The notes beneath the pieces are model-generated. The model was not told the origin of the DNA. It did not search any database and was given only the letters and a program-made list of their open reading frames with translations. The position numbers and the translations under genes were made by a program. A stretch of 64,000 nucleotides of DNA. Origin: an uncultured virus (IMG/VR IMGVR_UViG_3300034101_003821) (taxonomy: Duplodnaviria; Heunggongvirae; Uroviricota; Caudoviricetes). Below, piece by piece: positions 49,625 through 59,659 of this stretch. The stretch lies in IMG/VR virus record IMGVR_UViG_3300034101_003821; one strand, given 5' to 3'. The stretch's first letter is position 1, and each line of letters starts with the position of its first letter.

Positions 49625-50080
49625 TTATATTTCTGAAGAGTTATTTTTATCCTTTTTGGTTAAGGTAAATGAAAAATATTTGTTATTGTGAAAGTTTTCT
49701 CTGAAAACGTCTTTTGTGATGTTTTTCAAACAATCCTTTATTTCAGAAGATTTGAAATCTAAGTAAGGTTGTTTTGTAAAAAAGTTTATTTCTAAGTTGA
49801 GAAAAGATTTTTTATTTAAGTTTATACCACTCGACCTTAAATCTAAGTCCACAATAAAATTTTCGTTGAATAATTCTTTGTTTATATTGTGATAAATTGT
49901 ATGTTTGATACTTCTACTTAGATTCAAAACAACTCTATTCCAATTCTCTACGTCTTCTTTTGGTTCTACCCATGTTTGTATGTTTAGGTAAATGGAGTTC
50001 AATTCAAACGAATCTACAGTACCATAAACAACTTTTGCAATTTTAAAACCTTGTATTTTTGAGGTTTTCCCTTTTTTCAT
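49625..50080 (-). CDS. Hypothetical protein
   Basis: 151 aa ORF within the head module. Confidence 0.7.
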   Translation of the reverse strand: MKKGKTSKIQGFKIAKVVYGTVDSFELNSIYLNIQTWVEPKEDVENWNRVVLNLSRSIKHTIYHNINKELFNENFIVDLDLRSSGINLNKKSFLNLEINFFTKQPYLDFKSSEIKDCLKNITKDVFRENFHNNKYFSFTLTKKDKNNSSEI

Positions 50081-50174
50081 TAATTTGTAACATTTTCAGT
50101 TTATTTTTTCATAAAAATAGGGGATATTTACTTAATAGTCAAAAATAAATTGTTTTAACAAATATTTGTATCAT

Positions 50175-50366
50175 ATGCTAATAATCAAAGTCGATAATAA
50201 AACACCAATAGAAAAGGCCTTGAAACTTTTTAAAAGTAAAGTTATCAAGACCAAATTGATGACTGAGTTAAAAAACAGAAAGGAATTTGTTAAAAATTCA
50301 GTCAAAAGAAGAACTGAATTGAACAAAGCAAAATATGTTCAAAAAATCAAAAATAAAATAGATTAG
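50175..50366 (+). CDS. rpsU: Phage-encoded ribosomal protein bS21
   Basis: MLIIKV....IEKALKLFKSKV.KT....EL..RKEFVK.SVKRR matches bS21; in-frame ATG at 50175. Confidence 0.85.
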   Translation: MLIIKVDNKTPIEKALKLFKSKVIKTKLMTELKNRKEFVKNSVKRRTELNKAKYVQKIKNKID

Positions 50367-51079
50367 ATACTATTATCCAATTCCTCCAATCTAAATAAAT
50401 TCAATTTATCAAACTTTTCATTTGTAATCTTCGAAATTGTTTCATCAATTTTGGTGACTACTTCTTCTTCTGAATTTTGTTTGATGTTACTTAGTTTATT
50501 TAAAACACTTTCTTTAACTACTTTGTACTTAGATTCCATTTCAGTAACATCTGAAGAAAGAAATCTCAACAACTTACCCTTAGTGTTTTCGTCTAATTGT
50601 TGTACGTAGTTTTTGATTGTTTTATTTGCTATATTAACCATTGTTGATATTGGTAAATTAATTGATTCTTTTTCTTTTTTAACCTTTCTTTTAAGGGATT
50701 CTGTTATTTTCTTTCTACTATTAATTTTTTGTTCAATAGTTAGAACACTATCAGAAAACAAATTGTCAATGTCAGTATATTCGTTTTCAACATCAACACC
50801 CTCAACCCATAGTTCAAGTTTCCTCAATTTCTTTGGGTTAATTTTGCTCACAATATTTTTGTATTGGTTAATAGTTTCATTAACATAGTCGTTAACAATC
50901 GTACTATCTATGTTTGATTTATTTTTTAATTCATCATAAATCCAAAATAATTTAGTAAGATTTTTATTTTCTAAAATTGTATTTTGAAAATTTTTAAGTT
51001 CAGATTTAAATTCATTTTTATTGGAAAATGATTCCAACAAAATCTTATCAATTTTCGATTTAATTATACCAAATTTCAT
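50363..51079 (-). CDS. Hypothetical protein
   Basis: 238 aa, downstream of portal, preceded by the TATTTAT motif. Confidence 0.7.
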   Translation of the reverse strand: MKFGIIKSKIDKILLESFSNKNEFKSELKNFQNTILENKNLTKLFWIYDELKNKSNIDSTIVNDYVNETINQYKNIVSKINPKKLRKLELWVEGVDVENEYTDIDNLFSDSVLTIEQKINSRKKITESLKRKVKKEKESINLPISTMVNIANKTIKNYVQQLDENTKGKLLRFLSSDVTEMESKYKVVKESVLNKLSNIKQNSEEEVVTKIDETISKITNEKFDKLNLFRLEELDNSI

Positions 51080-51100
51080 AATTTTTTTTATTAATAAATA

Positions 51101-52888
51101 TTAATCTTTTAGGAGTTTACTTAGTTGACTCTCCATTTCCCCCAAATAATTTTTGGCTTTGGACAAATCAATAAAACTCATTTCCTCAAATATCCCTTCG
51201 TTTTCCAACAATATGTTTAAATTATCTCTATTGTTAAATGTTTCACCCATACCTTCAGGACCACCTGCTGGTGGTGGAGTTCCCCCTTCAGCTCCTCCTG
51301 GAGGTGGTGGTGCCCCACCTGATGTTGTACCTGTTGTTTGAGTATATAATTTATCAACATTATCAAACACACCAGTATTTGTTATAATTGTTGCGGTATT
51401 TGTAAGCTCAGCACCTACAGCTTTTTCAATTCTCTGTTGTTGTAAATCAAGTTTGATTTCCTCATCAGAGAATCCCATAACGTGTTTCTTAGCCCATGAA
51501 ACAGAAGTTGGTGCAATACCCTCAATTGATGTAACACATTCCTTATATAATGCGACCTTCTCTTTCCATATGTCAATTTTTAATAAATCTGCTTGACTCG
51601 ATGGGTTTGTTAAACTTAAAGTAAAATTGGATAATTCATCTTCAAAACCTAAAAGGAATAAATGTACAATCGCAATCTTATTTAACTCAGCAACCATAGA
51701 TTTTTGGATTCTGTTAATTGTTCTTGCAAAACGAATATCAATTAATGATAAATTTTTACCATCACCAACTGGTTCTTCAAAACCTAAAAACGCTTTAGGT
51801 ACACGTAAAGCAGTAAGTAGTTTCTTTTGGATGTATTCAATATCAGCAATCTCACCTAAGTTTTGACCACCAGGTAATGTATCAATCGGACTTGCCGCAG
51901 CGGCATCACGTACAGGAATGAAATAATCTTGGTCAACAGCCATTTGATTAAATCTCATATCCACATTACCTGTTTGAGAATCAACAACCTGACTTCTTTT
52001 GAACTTGTTTGCAACACGTTGTACATATGGTTCAACATCTTTATCATCCATATTACCAACGAATACTTTGAACACCCTTCTTTCAGGTGCACGTGATGTT
52101 CTATAAATTAACATCGCATCTTCAGATAACAATAGTTGTTTCCAAATACGCCTTGCCTTTTCTAACATTGATGTACCATATGGTAACTTTCTATCATCAC
52201 CTAATAATCTAAAGTGTGCTATTTCCCAAGAATTAAATTCCATATCTTTAGCTTTCCACTTGAATCTTAGTCCTTTGTTTTCAGCTGGCTCTTCTACGTT
52301 TTGTCTACTTGCTTGCGCTGGCATACCTCTTTCCAAACGTTCAATTTCGATATTTGGTAATTGCATACAACCAACAACTCCTTTTTCAGGGTCAAGTTTA
52401 AGATAGACAAAGTTATCACCATACTTACAAGTATTTCTAGTCCACATTGGTAGATTTGTATTTAAATCTAAAACATTCAAAAATAAATCTATTAAAATAC
52501 CCTTGATACGTTTTGATTCTGAGTATATTTGTAACATATACCCATTCTGGTCAACCGTAGTAGATTCCTCACCATAAATGTCTAACGCAGCAGATATTTC
52601 GGGTGTATATTCCATAGATTCATAATCATAAAACGAAGCCAATCTAGTTGGTTCGTAATATACAGCCTGAGTGTATAAGTTACTTTCAATCTTAGTCCAT
52701 TGATTTGCTAAGTAGTAAGTTTGTTGTGCTTGGAGTAATTCCTTATCAAATTCTTGTTTTGATTTAGTTTTTAATAACTCCTTTCTATCGAAACTATAAG
52801 TTGGGTAATCTTGATTAAGTAAAGCATTAGGACCGAATGCTTGTGTTAATCTTTGCCAAACTGTTAAATTATTTTGATTATTTTCCAT
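51101..52888 (-). CDS. Portal protein (T4 gp20-like)
   Basis: EDAMLIYRTSRAPERRVF...GN, DYFIP.R, IDTLPGGQNLGEIADIEY..KKL..ALRVP, RFARTI.RIQ. Confidence 0.93.
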   Translation of the reverse strand: MENNQNNLTVWQRLTQAFGPNALLNQDYPTYSFDRKELLKTKSKQEFDKELLQAQQTYYLANQWTKIESNLYTQAVYYEPTRLASFYDYESMEYTPEISAALDIYGEESTTVDQNGYMLQIYSESKRIKGILIDLFLNVLDLNTNLPMWTRNTCKYGDNFVYLKLDPEKGVVGCMQLPNIEIERLERGMPAQASRQNVEEPAENKGLRFKWKAKDMEFNSWEIAHFRLLGDDRKLPYGTSMLEKARRIWKQLLLSEDAMLIYRTSRAPERRVFKVFVGNMDDKDVEPYVQRVANKFKRSQVVDSQTGNVDMRFNQMAVDQDYFIPVRDAAAASPIDTLPGGQNLGEIADIEYIQKKLLTALRVPKAFLGFEEPVGDGKNLSLIDIRFARTINRIQKSMVAELNKIAIVHLFLLGFEDELSNFTLSLTNPSSQADLLKIDIWKEKVALYKECVTSIEGIAPTSVSWAKKHVMGFSDEEIKLDLQQQRIEKAVGAELTNTATIITNTGVFDNVDKLYTQTTGTTSGGAPPPPGGAEGGTPPPAGGPEGMGETFNNRDNLNILLENEGIFEEMSFIDLSKAKNYLGEMESQLSKLLKD

Positions 52889-52931
52889 AAAGAAATTTTA
52901 AATATATTTCTATTGTTTTAAATAGTTCTAC

Positions 52932-53096
52932 CTAATTTGATGTATTATTATTAGTTGTACTATTCGTATTATTGTTTTTGAATGGGACTTTATCAGGAGG
53001 ACTAATTTTTGTAGTTGATATACCCTGACCTGGAACATTCAATTTTGACCCATTGAATTTCTTATCTCCACTTTTTTTTCTGTTTACAAATCCCAT
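52932..53096 (-). CDS. Small hypothetical protein (54 aa, below ORF-track cutoff)
   Basis: Hand translation MGFVNRKKSGDKKFNGSKLNVPGQGISTTKISPPDKVPFKNNNTNSTTNNNTSN; TATTTATA motif at 53108-53115 on its sense strand. Confidence 0.55.
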   Translation of the reverse strand: MGFVNRKKSGDKKFNGSKLNVPGQGISTTKISPPDKVPFKNNNTNSTTNNNTSN

Positions 53097-53115
53097 AATC
53101 TTTTTTTTATAAATA

Positions 53116-54879
53116 TTATCTACCTCCGAATAACCAAGAGTATTTCATATAGTCCTCCTTACTTGCGTTTTGATTTCTTTGATTAATTCTCTCAGTTCCA
53201 AAAGGTATCACGGGATTGAAATCAATCTGTTTAGCTGCAGTTTCATTGTTAGTAACAGACCAAGATTCTAACATAGCTTTAGTTTGTTCGGTCACCTTTT
53301 CTAAACTACTGAATGATGATTCCGCAACATAAGTTGCCATTGCAATTGACATAATTAAATCATCGTGTTGACCCTTTTGATGGTCTGGTCTTCCATTTAC
53401 ATATACGAATGTATTCATTTCATTGAATAATCGTAAACTATAAATTTTAAACTGATGTCTCATAGCTTCCTCAAATGATGCTATAATTTGTACACGTTTG
53501 TTGTTGAAATTTAAACCCGGTATCTTTTCTAAAGCCTTTGGGTCATATTTCCACTTATTGGCTAAATCAATACCATCAACATATAAATTTTTGTAACCCA
53601 TTTCTTGAAGTTTTCTAGATGTTGAAACACCCATTCCTCCTGTTATATCTATTACAATGAAACAATTATACATATTACCCCACTTATAACAAATTTCTGC
53701 CATCGTATCAGGTGGAAGTTTACCCACATATTCCGCAACTTGTTCTCTTTCATCAAAGTCAATAATTTGAAATGAACTAAAGTCCTCACTATCCCCTCTA
53801 CTCACATCCACACCCATCACATATTTGTGACCCATCACAGGTTCTTTCCAAATCCATAAAGAGTTACCAATCATTTTATTTTGGGGTTCTCTAATCATAT
53901 TCTCTTTTACCCTTTGCATCAATAGTGAATCAAAAACGTTATCACCTGAACCAAGGAAGTTACACTCTAACTCTTGTGATACTTTTCTTTTATCATATTT
54001 CAATTTTTTAACCATACCTTCAAACCAAGAAGAACAAGGTTTATAACCTGAATCCATTATCAACTTGAGTTCCTCAAAATTTCTTTCTTCAAATGGTATA
54101 GTTTCCCAACTAATAATTTCATCTTTAGGATATTCTTCTTTGTTTAGAAGGTAGTGAATAGTATCTTGAGTTTTAACTAAAAATAAATCTTTTGTATATC
54201 TTGGGTCTCTGTACCAAAACATTTCAGATATTTTGAAATCATTCATATTTCTATGTGCCTGATTATATATTTCATAATAAATTGGGTCATAACCATTTGG
54301 TGTTGACACCACAATAACTTTACCACCAGTAGAAAGTGAGGCCATACAAGCTGCCCAGAAGTCAGAATCTGCATCAATGAACGCAGCTTCATCAAATACA
54401 AGAATTGTTGGTGTGAAACCACGTAGGGCATCCTTAGAGGTAGCAACAGCTTTTACCTCACAACCATTATTTGTTTTATAGTGTTTTTGTGAATTTTTAT
54501 CACTTGAAAAATCAATACCAACCCAAGATGGCCATTGTCCAATAAACATCCTGATTTTATTGGCCATTTCCATAGAAGTATCTAGTTTATTTGCGATAAT
54601 CAAAATCTTTTCAGGTTTTGTTTTTTTAGCAAACGCTATTCTTTTAGATATCCATGCTGCCGTAACTGTTGATACTCCTGCTTGTCTGTACTTCAAGGCA
54701 ATATTTTCATTGTATTCCTCGTAGTCATTTAATAATGATATTTGGTCAGGAAACAACTCTAGTGGGACATATTTTGAAACTGTGTTGTCATATGTTTCAA
54801 GGTATGTTCTTAATGCGTAAGGTGTATCTTTCATACATCTTACATATTCTATCATTACTTGTTCTTTTGTTAAACTCAT
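53116..54879 (-). CDS. Terminase large subunit (T4 gp17-like)
   Basis: KYRQAGVST, LVFDEAAF (Walker B), VSTPNG, QELECNF, GVDVSRG, HDDLIMS. Confidence 0.92.
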   Translation of the reverse strand: MSLTKEQVMIEYVRCMKDTPYALRTYLETYDNTVSKYVPLELFPDQISLLNDYEEYNENIALKYRQAGVSTVTAAWISKRIAFAKKTKPEKILIIANKLDTSMEMANKIRMFIGQWPSWVGIDFSSDKNSQKHYKTNNGCEVKAVATSKDALRGFTPTILVFDEAAFIDADSDFWAACMASLSTGGKVIVVSTPNGYDPIYYEIYNQAHRNMNDFKISEMFWYRDPRYTKDLFLVKTQDTIHYLLNKEEYPKDEIISWETIPFEERNFEELKLIMDSGYKPCSSWFEGMVKKLKYDKRKVSQELECNFLGSGDNVFDSLLMQRVKENMIREPQNKMIGNSLWIWKEPVMGHKYVMGVDVSRGDSEDFSSFQIIDFDEREQVAEYVGKLPPDTMAEICYKWGNMYNCFIVIDITGGMGVSTSRKLQEMGYKNLYVDGIDLANKWKYDPKALEKIPGLNFNNKRVQIIASFEEAMRHQFKIYSLRLFNEMNTFVYVNGRPDHQKGQHDDLIMSIAMATYVAESSFSSLEKVTEQTKAMLESWSVTNNETAAKQIDFNPVIPFGTERINQRNQNASKEDYMKYSWLFGGR

Positions 54880-54901
54880 AAATTGTATTTTATATAAATA
54901 T

Positions 54902-54933
54902 AAAAACCCCCACTTAATTATAAATGGGGGTTT
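54902..54933 (-). terminator. Intrinsic terminator
   Basis: AAAAACCCCCA...TGGGGGTTT hairpin downstream of 54939..56084. Confidence 0.7.
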
Positions 54934-54938
54934 GTAAG

Positions 54939-56084
54939 TTAATCTTCATCTTCATCATCAAAATCGAATGTATCCCAATCATCGGGATTGAAATCGTCAT
55001 CATCATCTTCTTTTTCCTCTGGTTCAATTGGTTTCTTCTTTTCAAACTTCATTTTTTCTAATGGTTTTTCTTTTTTCTTTTCGTAATTAATATCATCTAT
55101 AATTTCTTGTGACAAATCTAAAAATCTATCGATTTGTTCTTTGTCATTTTTAAAAACCCCTAACATCATTTTATTGTAATCATCAGGTTTCCCCTCAAAT
55201 TCTTGAGCCAACATCAATAATAAATCGGGTTCAATTTCATATGAATAACCATCAAGTTCCATATCCCATAAAAATCTTAATTGTTCTATTAGGGCTCTAC
55301 CATAATTCATATTTTTGATTTCGTGTTTGTGGGCATCAGCTACACCCATAATTGTATCACCCACTTCTTTGTTTTTAGGTAATGTGAAAATAGAATCATA
55401 ATATCTCGCCCCTTTAACCAATTCGTGCATAAGTAAAGGAAAATTTGGTGCGGCAGCATCAATAATCCAAACCCCATTTTTATCTAAATAGACATCACAA
55501 TATGCGACTCTCCCTGTAACACTTTGAGCCATTCTTTCTAATTGTGCCGTGTTTTCCCAATAAAAACGAGAAGCCCCCGAACCGAACTTTTTGTATAAGT
55601 CAACTAATCTTGGGTCAATCGAATTTAATTCATCCTCAATATTGTTAACAGCATTAAATCCATCCCTCCAAGCAGCTCCTTGTGTTAAAGCATTTTGTAT
55701 ATGTCTTTGTTTTATTCTTTCGTCAAATGATGAATCTACTTGTTTTGCCTTTTCTATTTTTGTTGTAGGTATTTCTTGAGATAATCTTCTACCACCACTA
55801 CCTTGACCTAAAATTGCATTTACCTTTATTTTACCATTATCAACCCCATTTTTTATATGAGGGTACATATTAAAAAATGTAACTAAAGCTAAATCTTGTA
55901 AATCACTTTTGTGACTTGATTCTATATTTGGTAACCCAAACATTAAAGATGTGAATTCTTGTGAACTTGGTGCTTTGTTTTCAGGATTGTCGTACAGATT
56001 TTTAGCTGTTCGTTCTATTCTGTTTTTTACATCATCAGGTAAGTAGTCACTAATCGGTGCTTCAAATAACCAATTTTTTTTCAT
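54939..56084 (-). CDS. Hypothetical protein with an HExxK (HEXXH-like) motif and acidic tail
   Basis: 381 aa; PLLMHELVKG. Confidence 0.6.
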   Translation of the reverse strand: MKKNWLFEAPISDYLPDDVKNRIERTAKNLYDNPENKAPSSQEFTSLMFGLPNIESSHKSDLQDLALVTFFNMYPHIKNGVDNGKIKVNAILGQGSGGRRLSQEIPTTKIEKAKQVDSSFDERIKQRHIQNALTQGAAWRDGFNAVNNIEDELNSIDPRLVDLYKKFGSGASRFYWENTAQLERMAQSVTGRVAYCDVYLDKNGVWIIDAAAPNFPLLMHELVKGARYYDSIFTLPKNKEVGDTIMGVADAHKHEIKNMNYGRALIEQLRFLWDMELDGYSYEIEPDLLLMLAQEFEGKPDDYNKMMLGVFKNDKEQIDRFLDLSQEIIDDINYEKKKEKPLEKMKFEKKKPIEPEEKEDDDDDFNPDDWDTFDFDDEDED

Positions 56085-57157
56085 TACTTCTTTTTTAATT
56101 TATTATAAAGTTTTTCCATCACAAAATCAAATTCTTCTTTCCCTTGAGGTCTTGTTTCAGGATTTTCGTATGGCGTAATTCTTTCAGGTTTTCTTCTTGG
56201 TTTTTCTTTTGGTTTTTCTGTTGGGGTTTTTGGTTTGGTAGCAGGTTCTTTTACACCTGGTTCAGACATAAATTCAAAGTCCATCATATCCAAATCAAAA
56301 TCTTCATCTTCCCCTTGAGGTCTTGTCTCAGGGTTTTCGTATGGTGTTTCACGTGATGGTTTTCTTCTTGGTTTTTCCTTAGGTTTTTCAGTTGGAGTTT
56401 TAGGTTTTGTTACTGGTTCTTTTACACCAGGTTCTGCCATAAATTCAAAATCTTCTAACATTTCGGATTCACCGAAATAGAAATCCTCGTTAATTCTATT
56501 TTTTAATAAACCTAATAAATCCTTTTTAGTTATAGTTGGTTGTAATGATTCTTTAACCAATTTATCCAAATTCTTTTCTGTCATAAAATTTTCAAACGTT
56601 GGTCTCATCGACTTATTAACATTTTTTCCCATTTGAGATGCCGCAACAGAACCTATTTTTTCCAAATAGTTTGCCATCGTGAAATTCTCCTTAGTTTCCT
56701 TCTTTTTGTATTTTACTGTTTTTTCAGGATGTTTTTTTTCTGGCATATTTTTATATTGTTTCTTTGATGTACTCTTAGAAAATTCTTTAGCCATTTTACA
56801 CCATTTACAATCATCACTTTTACATTTGTTACAACGAGCCCAAAATAATCCTTGTTGTGCTTTTGACTCGAATTTTTCATCTAACTTATCATCCTCCATC
56901 ATTTCAACAGTAGTTTTCCCATCCTTGTTTGATACTACAGCGTTTTTTACGTCCATTGACCCACCAGGATTCAATGTGTAGATGTCAGTTGTCTTTGTTG
57001 ATTTGGTCGCATTAATAGGTTGTGTTGTTTGTTCCTCAACCTTTTTTTTGTTCATTCTTTCATACAATGCGTTTATTGTACTTTCATTTAATGATACAAT
57101 AAAATCAGGAGTGAGACCAATATCCAATAAAAATCCAACTTTATTATTAAGATTCAT
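56084..57157 (-). CDS. Hypothetical protein with a duplicated Pro/Lys-rich module
   Basis: In-frame ATG 57157 preferred; CNKC...CKWC; two EPGVKEP...YENPETRPQG copies. Confidence 0.65.
   Translation of the reverse strand: MNLNNKVGFLLDIGLTPDFIVSLNESTINALYERMNKKKVEEQTTQPINATKSTKTTDIYTLNPGGSMDVKNAVVSNKDGKTTVEMMEDDKLDEKFESKAQQGLFWARCNKCKSDDCKWCKMAKEFSKSTSKKQYKNMPEKKHPEKTVKYKKKETKENFTMANYLEKIGSVAASQMGKNVNKSMRPTFENFMTEKNLDKLVKESLQPTITKKDLLGLLKNRINEDFYFGESEMLEDFEFMAEPGVKEPVTKPKTPTEKPKEKPRRKPSRETPYENPETRPQGEDEDFDLDMMDFEFMSEPGVKEPATKPKTPTEKPKEKPRRKPERITPYENPETRPQGKEEFDFVMEKLYNKLKKK
56141..56449 (-). repeat. Direct duplication with 171-nt period (copies ~56141-56278 and ~56312-56449)
   Basis: CCCTTGAGGTCTTG at 56141 and 56312; AAATTCAAA at 56270 and 56441. 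Confidence 0.85.
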
Positions 57158-57557
57158 AAGAAAATTTTTTTTCAAATTCAAGGACTATATCCCTTTCATA
57201 TAATTTATTTTTTACATTCTCCTCAGTTTCACCAAATCTGAAAACTAATCTTTTAACTAAATCAAAATTAATTAACTCAGATTCATTTTCCCAACCTAAA
57301 GCTACAACATCATCTATTGCATCAATCATTGAAAAATAATCTGATTTTTGTATGACTGATAGAGAAATTTTATCATTTTTTAAAACACCTACTTTTTTTA
57401 TATGTTCTAAATCAGGTGGTAGTGGATAACCATTAGATGGTTTTGATTCCCACATTTCACCCCAAACATCAGTAATATTATCACTAAATATAAACTCGTA
57501 AATGTTATCACCTTTATAATTCGGACCTAATTCATTAACATATATCAAATAGTTCAT
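57147..57557 (-). CDS. Hypothetical protein
   Basis: 136 aa, coupled to neighbours. Confidence 0.7.
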   Translation of the reverse strand: MNYLIYVNELGPNYKGDNIYEFIFSDNITDVWGEMWESKPSNGYPLPPDLEHIKKVGVLKNDKISLSVIQKSDYFSMIDAIDDVVALGWENESELINFDLVKRLVFRFGETEENVKNKLYERDIVLEFEKKFSYES

Positions 57558-58801
57558 ATCAATCTACCACTTGTTGTTACGCCAAATTTTTCTCCTTCCA
57601 TTTCAAAAACTAAAGTTCCCTTTTTGTTTTTACCAATAAGTTTAGCGGAGGGGTATTTGTTCAAAAATCTTTTTGAAGTTGATTCTTGTTTAAAGTTTTC
57701 GGATAACCTTTCCAACTTACTTTCATTAATATTTTTTGGAGTTTCATTGAAATACTTTTGTAATATTCTGTCAACTTTTGATTCAGATACACCATATCCC
57801 ATTTCTTTCATCCTCATTTTGTGTTGACGTTCCTCAAAACTTTCTCTTCTTCCGTGTCTTGGGTACATTTCAGCCATTTCACCTTCTGGTGCAACTGGTA
57901 TTTCAGGTTCAGGTAATTCTTCACCACCCATCTCAGGTTCAGGTAATTCTTCACCACCCATTTCAGGTTCAGGTAATTCCTCATCACTCATTTCAGGTTC
58001 TTCAATTTCTTCCCCCTCTTCAAATTTTGAAGTAATTTCTTCAATGTCGTCAGGTTCAAGTTTACTTAAGTCCAAAGCAGACAAAATTGAATTAATAACA
58101 TATTTTACATCTTGGGATGACATATCATTATCTTCATCAGTACCAAATGTTCTAAGTTTTTGAGCTAATTTACCAGTAAGTTTTTGAATACTTTTGAAAG
58201 TAACAACATCTTCCTCTTGTGGAGTTTCACCCTCACCATCCATAGGAACTTCATCATCCATTGGCATCTCATCTGTCATAGGTTCTTCAGCGGGTAATGG
58301 TTCTTCGATAGGCATTTCAGTTTCAGGTGTTGCTGGTACAGCTGGTGGTGTCGCAGGTGCTGCTGGTGCTGGTGGAATTTGAGTTTCTTCTTGTTCATTG
58401 GTTTCACCACCTTTTACTAAAAAATATTTTTTGTCATCAATATTTTCTTGTTCGTTAAATAATGACAAGTTTCCTCTATAACCCTCATTTACATTTACCT
58501 CTTTCACAATAAGGTTTAAACGTTTCAATGCTTGTGAATAAGACGAATAATACTTTCTATTTTTCATCGGCTCAATATATTCACTAACTGATTCGGTCAA
58601 CCCTTTTTTAATAACATATCCATTTTTTTCTTTTGTGATATGATATGTATTTCCATCAGCTAATGTTTTTGAATATTCTAAAGATTCACTCTCGTTAATT
58701 GACTGAGGAGTATTTAAATTATATTTAGAAATTTCCAAAATCCTTTGAATTTTTTCCATTCCTCCTAATTTTTCACTACCAATAGGTTTTAATTTTCCCA
58801 T
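57554..58801 (-). CDS. Hypothetical acidic Pro/Glu-rich protein (possible head-core component)
   Basis: 415 aa; EPEMGGEELP repeats. Confidence 0.65.
   Translation of the reverse strand: MGKLKPIGSEKLGGMEKIQRILEISKYNLNTPQSINESESLEYSKTLADGNTYHITKEKNGYVIKKGLTESVSEYIEPMKNRKYYSSYSQALKRLNLIVKEVNVNEGYRGNLSLFNEQENIDDKKYFLVKGGETNEQEETQIPPAPAAPATPPAVPATPETEMPIEEPLPAEEPMTDEMPMDDEVPMDGEGETPQEEDVVTFKSIQKLTGKLAQKLRTFGTDEDNDMSSQDVKYVINSILSALDLSKLEPDDIEEITSKFEEGEEIEEPEMSDEELPEPEMGGEELPEPEMGGEELPEPEIPVAPEGEMAEMYPRHGRRESFEERQHKMRMKEMGYGVSESKVDRILQKYFNETPKNINESKLERLSENFKQESTSKRFLNKYPSAKLIGKNKKGTLVFEMEGEKFGVTTSGRLI
57901..58001 (-). repeat. 30-nt coding tandem repeat (~3 copies)
   Basis: TTTCAGGTTCAGGTAATTCTTCACCACCCA units. 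Confidence 0.8.
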
Positions 58802-58862
58802 ATTTCGATTTTTTTGTTATTATTTTTTATATATAAATATGTACAATTAATCAATTCTACAT

Positions 58863-59624
58863 TTACTCAATAGAAAGTTTATTATCTATAAGTTTTAAAG
58901 GCGTTTTATATAATTTGTCAATATACCCATTTCTTCGTAATACTTTAAAAACCAAATTTTCCAAGCTCATTTCACCACCCCCTTTTAAACCACTTAATCT
59001 AAACTTTTTAAGTTTATTTTTAAATTGATTTAGTGTTTTTTCGATTGTGTCAATATCTTGGTCTTCCATATTTTTTATCGAAGAATCAATAGTTCTCATC
59101 CATTGTTTAGATTTATTTTTTACATCTTTCAAATCCACTTTAAAATCAAACCTTTTGGGTGTTTTTAACCATTCATCATTCAGTAACGAATAAACACCTC
59201 CACTGATACCTTGCATATCAGTATCCTCAATGAAAAACTCAACATCAAAACCAAACATTTTTACATCTCTTTTTTGATTGAAAATTACTTTTTTCAAATC
59301 AAAATATTCAACGTACATATCTTTAAGTTCATTGGAAAATTGTTTGTAATCAACTAATATGTGCACGTCAATGTCTGAGAACTTAGACCAATTATAGTTA
59401 GCTATTGAACCAACTACAATAATGTCTTCAATAACAACGTCAATGTCCAAACTTTCAATAAATTGGTAAGTTATCTCAAGTAAATTTTTTCTAACCTTTG
59501 GGTTTATTTTATATTTCTGACCTTCAGGGTCACCCATATGTTTTTCATTTGGTAGATACCATATTTTTGGATACAACTGGTCTTGTACCTCGAAACTACT
59601 TAAAATATTTTCAATATTATCCAT
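58863..59624 (-). CDS. Pol-beta superfamily nucleotidyltransferase
   Basis: VGSIANYNWSKFSDIDVHILVD (GS..DxD) plus a later DVEFF. Start at 59624 or 59663. Confidence 0.75.
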   Translation of the reverse strand: MDNIENILSSFEVQDQLYPKIWYLPNEKHMGDPEGQKYKINPKVRKNLLEITYQFIESLDIDVVIEDIIVVGSIANYNWSKFSDIDVHILVDYKQFSNELKDMYVEYFDLKKVIFNQKRDVKMFGFDVEFFIEDTDMQGISGGVYSLLNDEWLKTPKRFDFKVDLKDVKNKSKQWMRTIDSSIKNMEDQDIDTIEKTLNQFKNKLKKFRLSGLKGGGEMSLENLVFKVLRRNGYIDKLYKTPLKLIDNKLSIE

Positions 59625-59659
59625 GTCTGATAAATATTCACATACATTGGAAATATACA

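Noticed and set aside
54655..54700. Inactive terminase because Walker A reads RQAGVST rather than RQxGKT
   Set aside because: Variants with an upstream Lys (KxRQxGxST) occur in terminases, and the Walker B, coupling and nuclease motifs are intact.
54939..56084. Zinc metalloprotease call from MHELVKG
   Set aside because: The second His of HEXXH is replaced by Lys, so support is insufficient.
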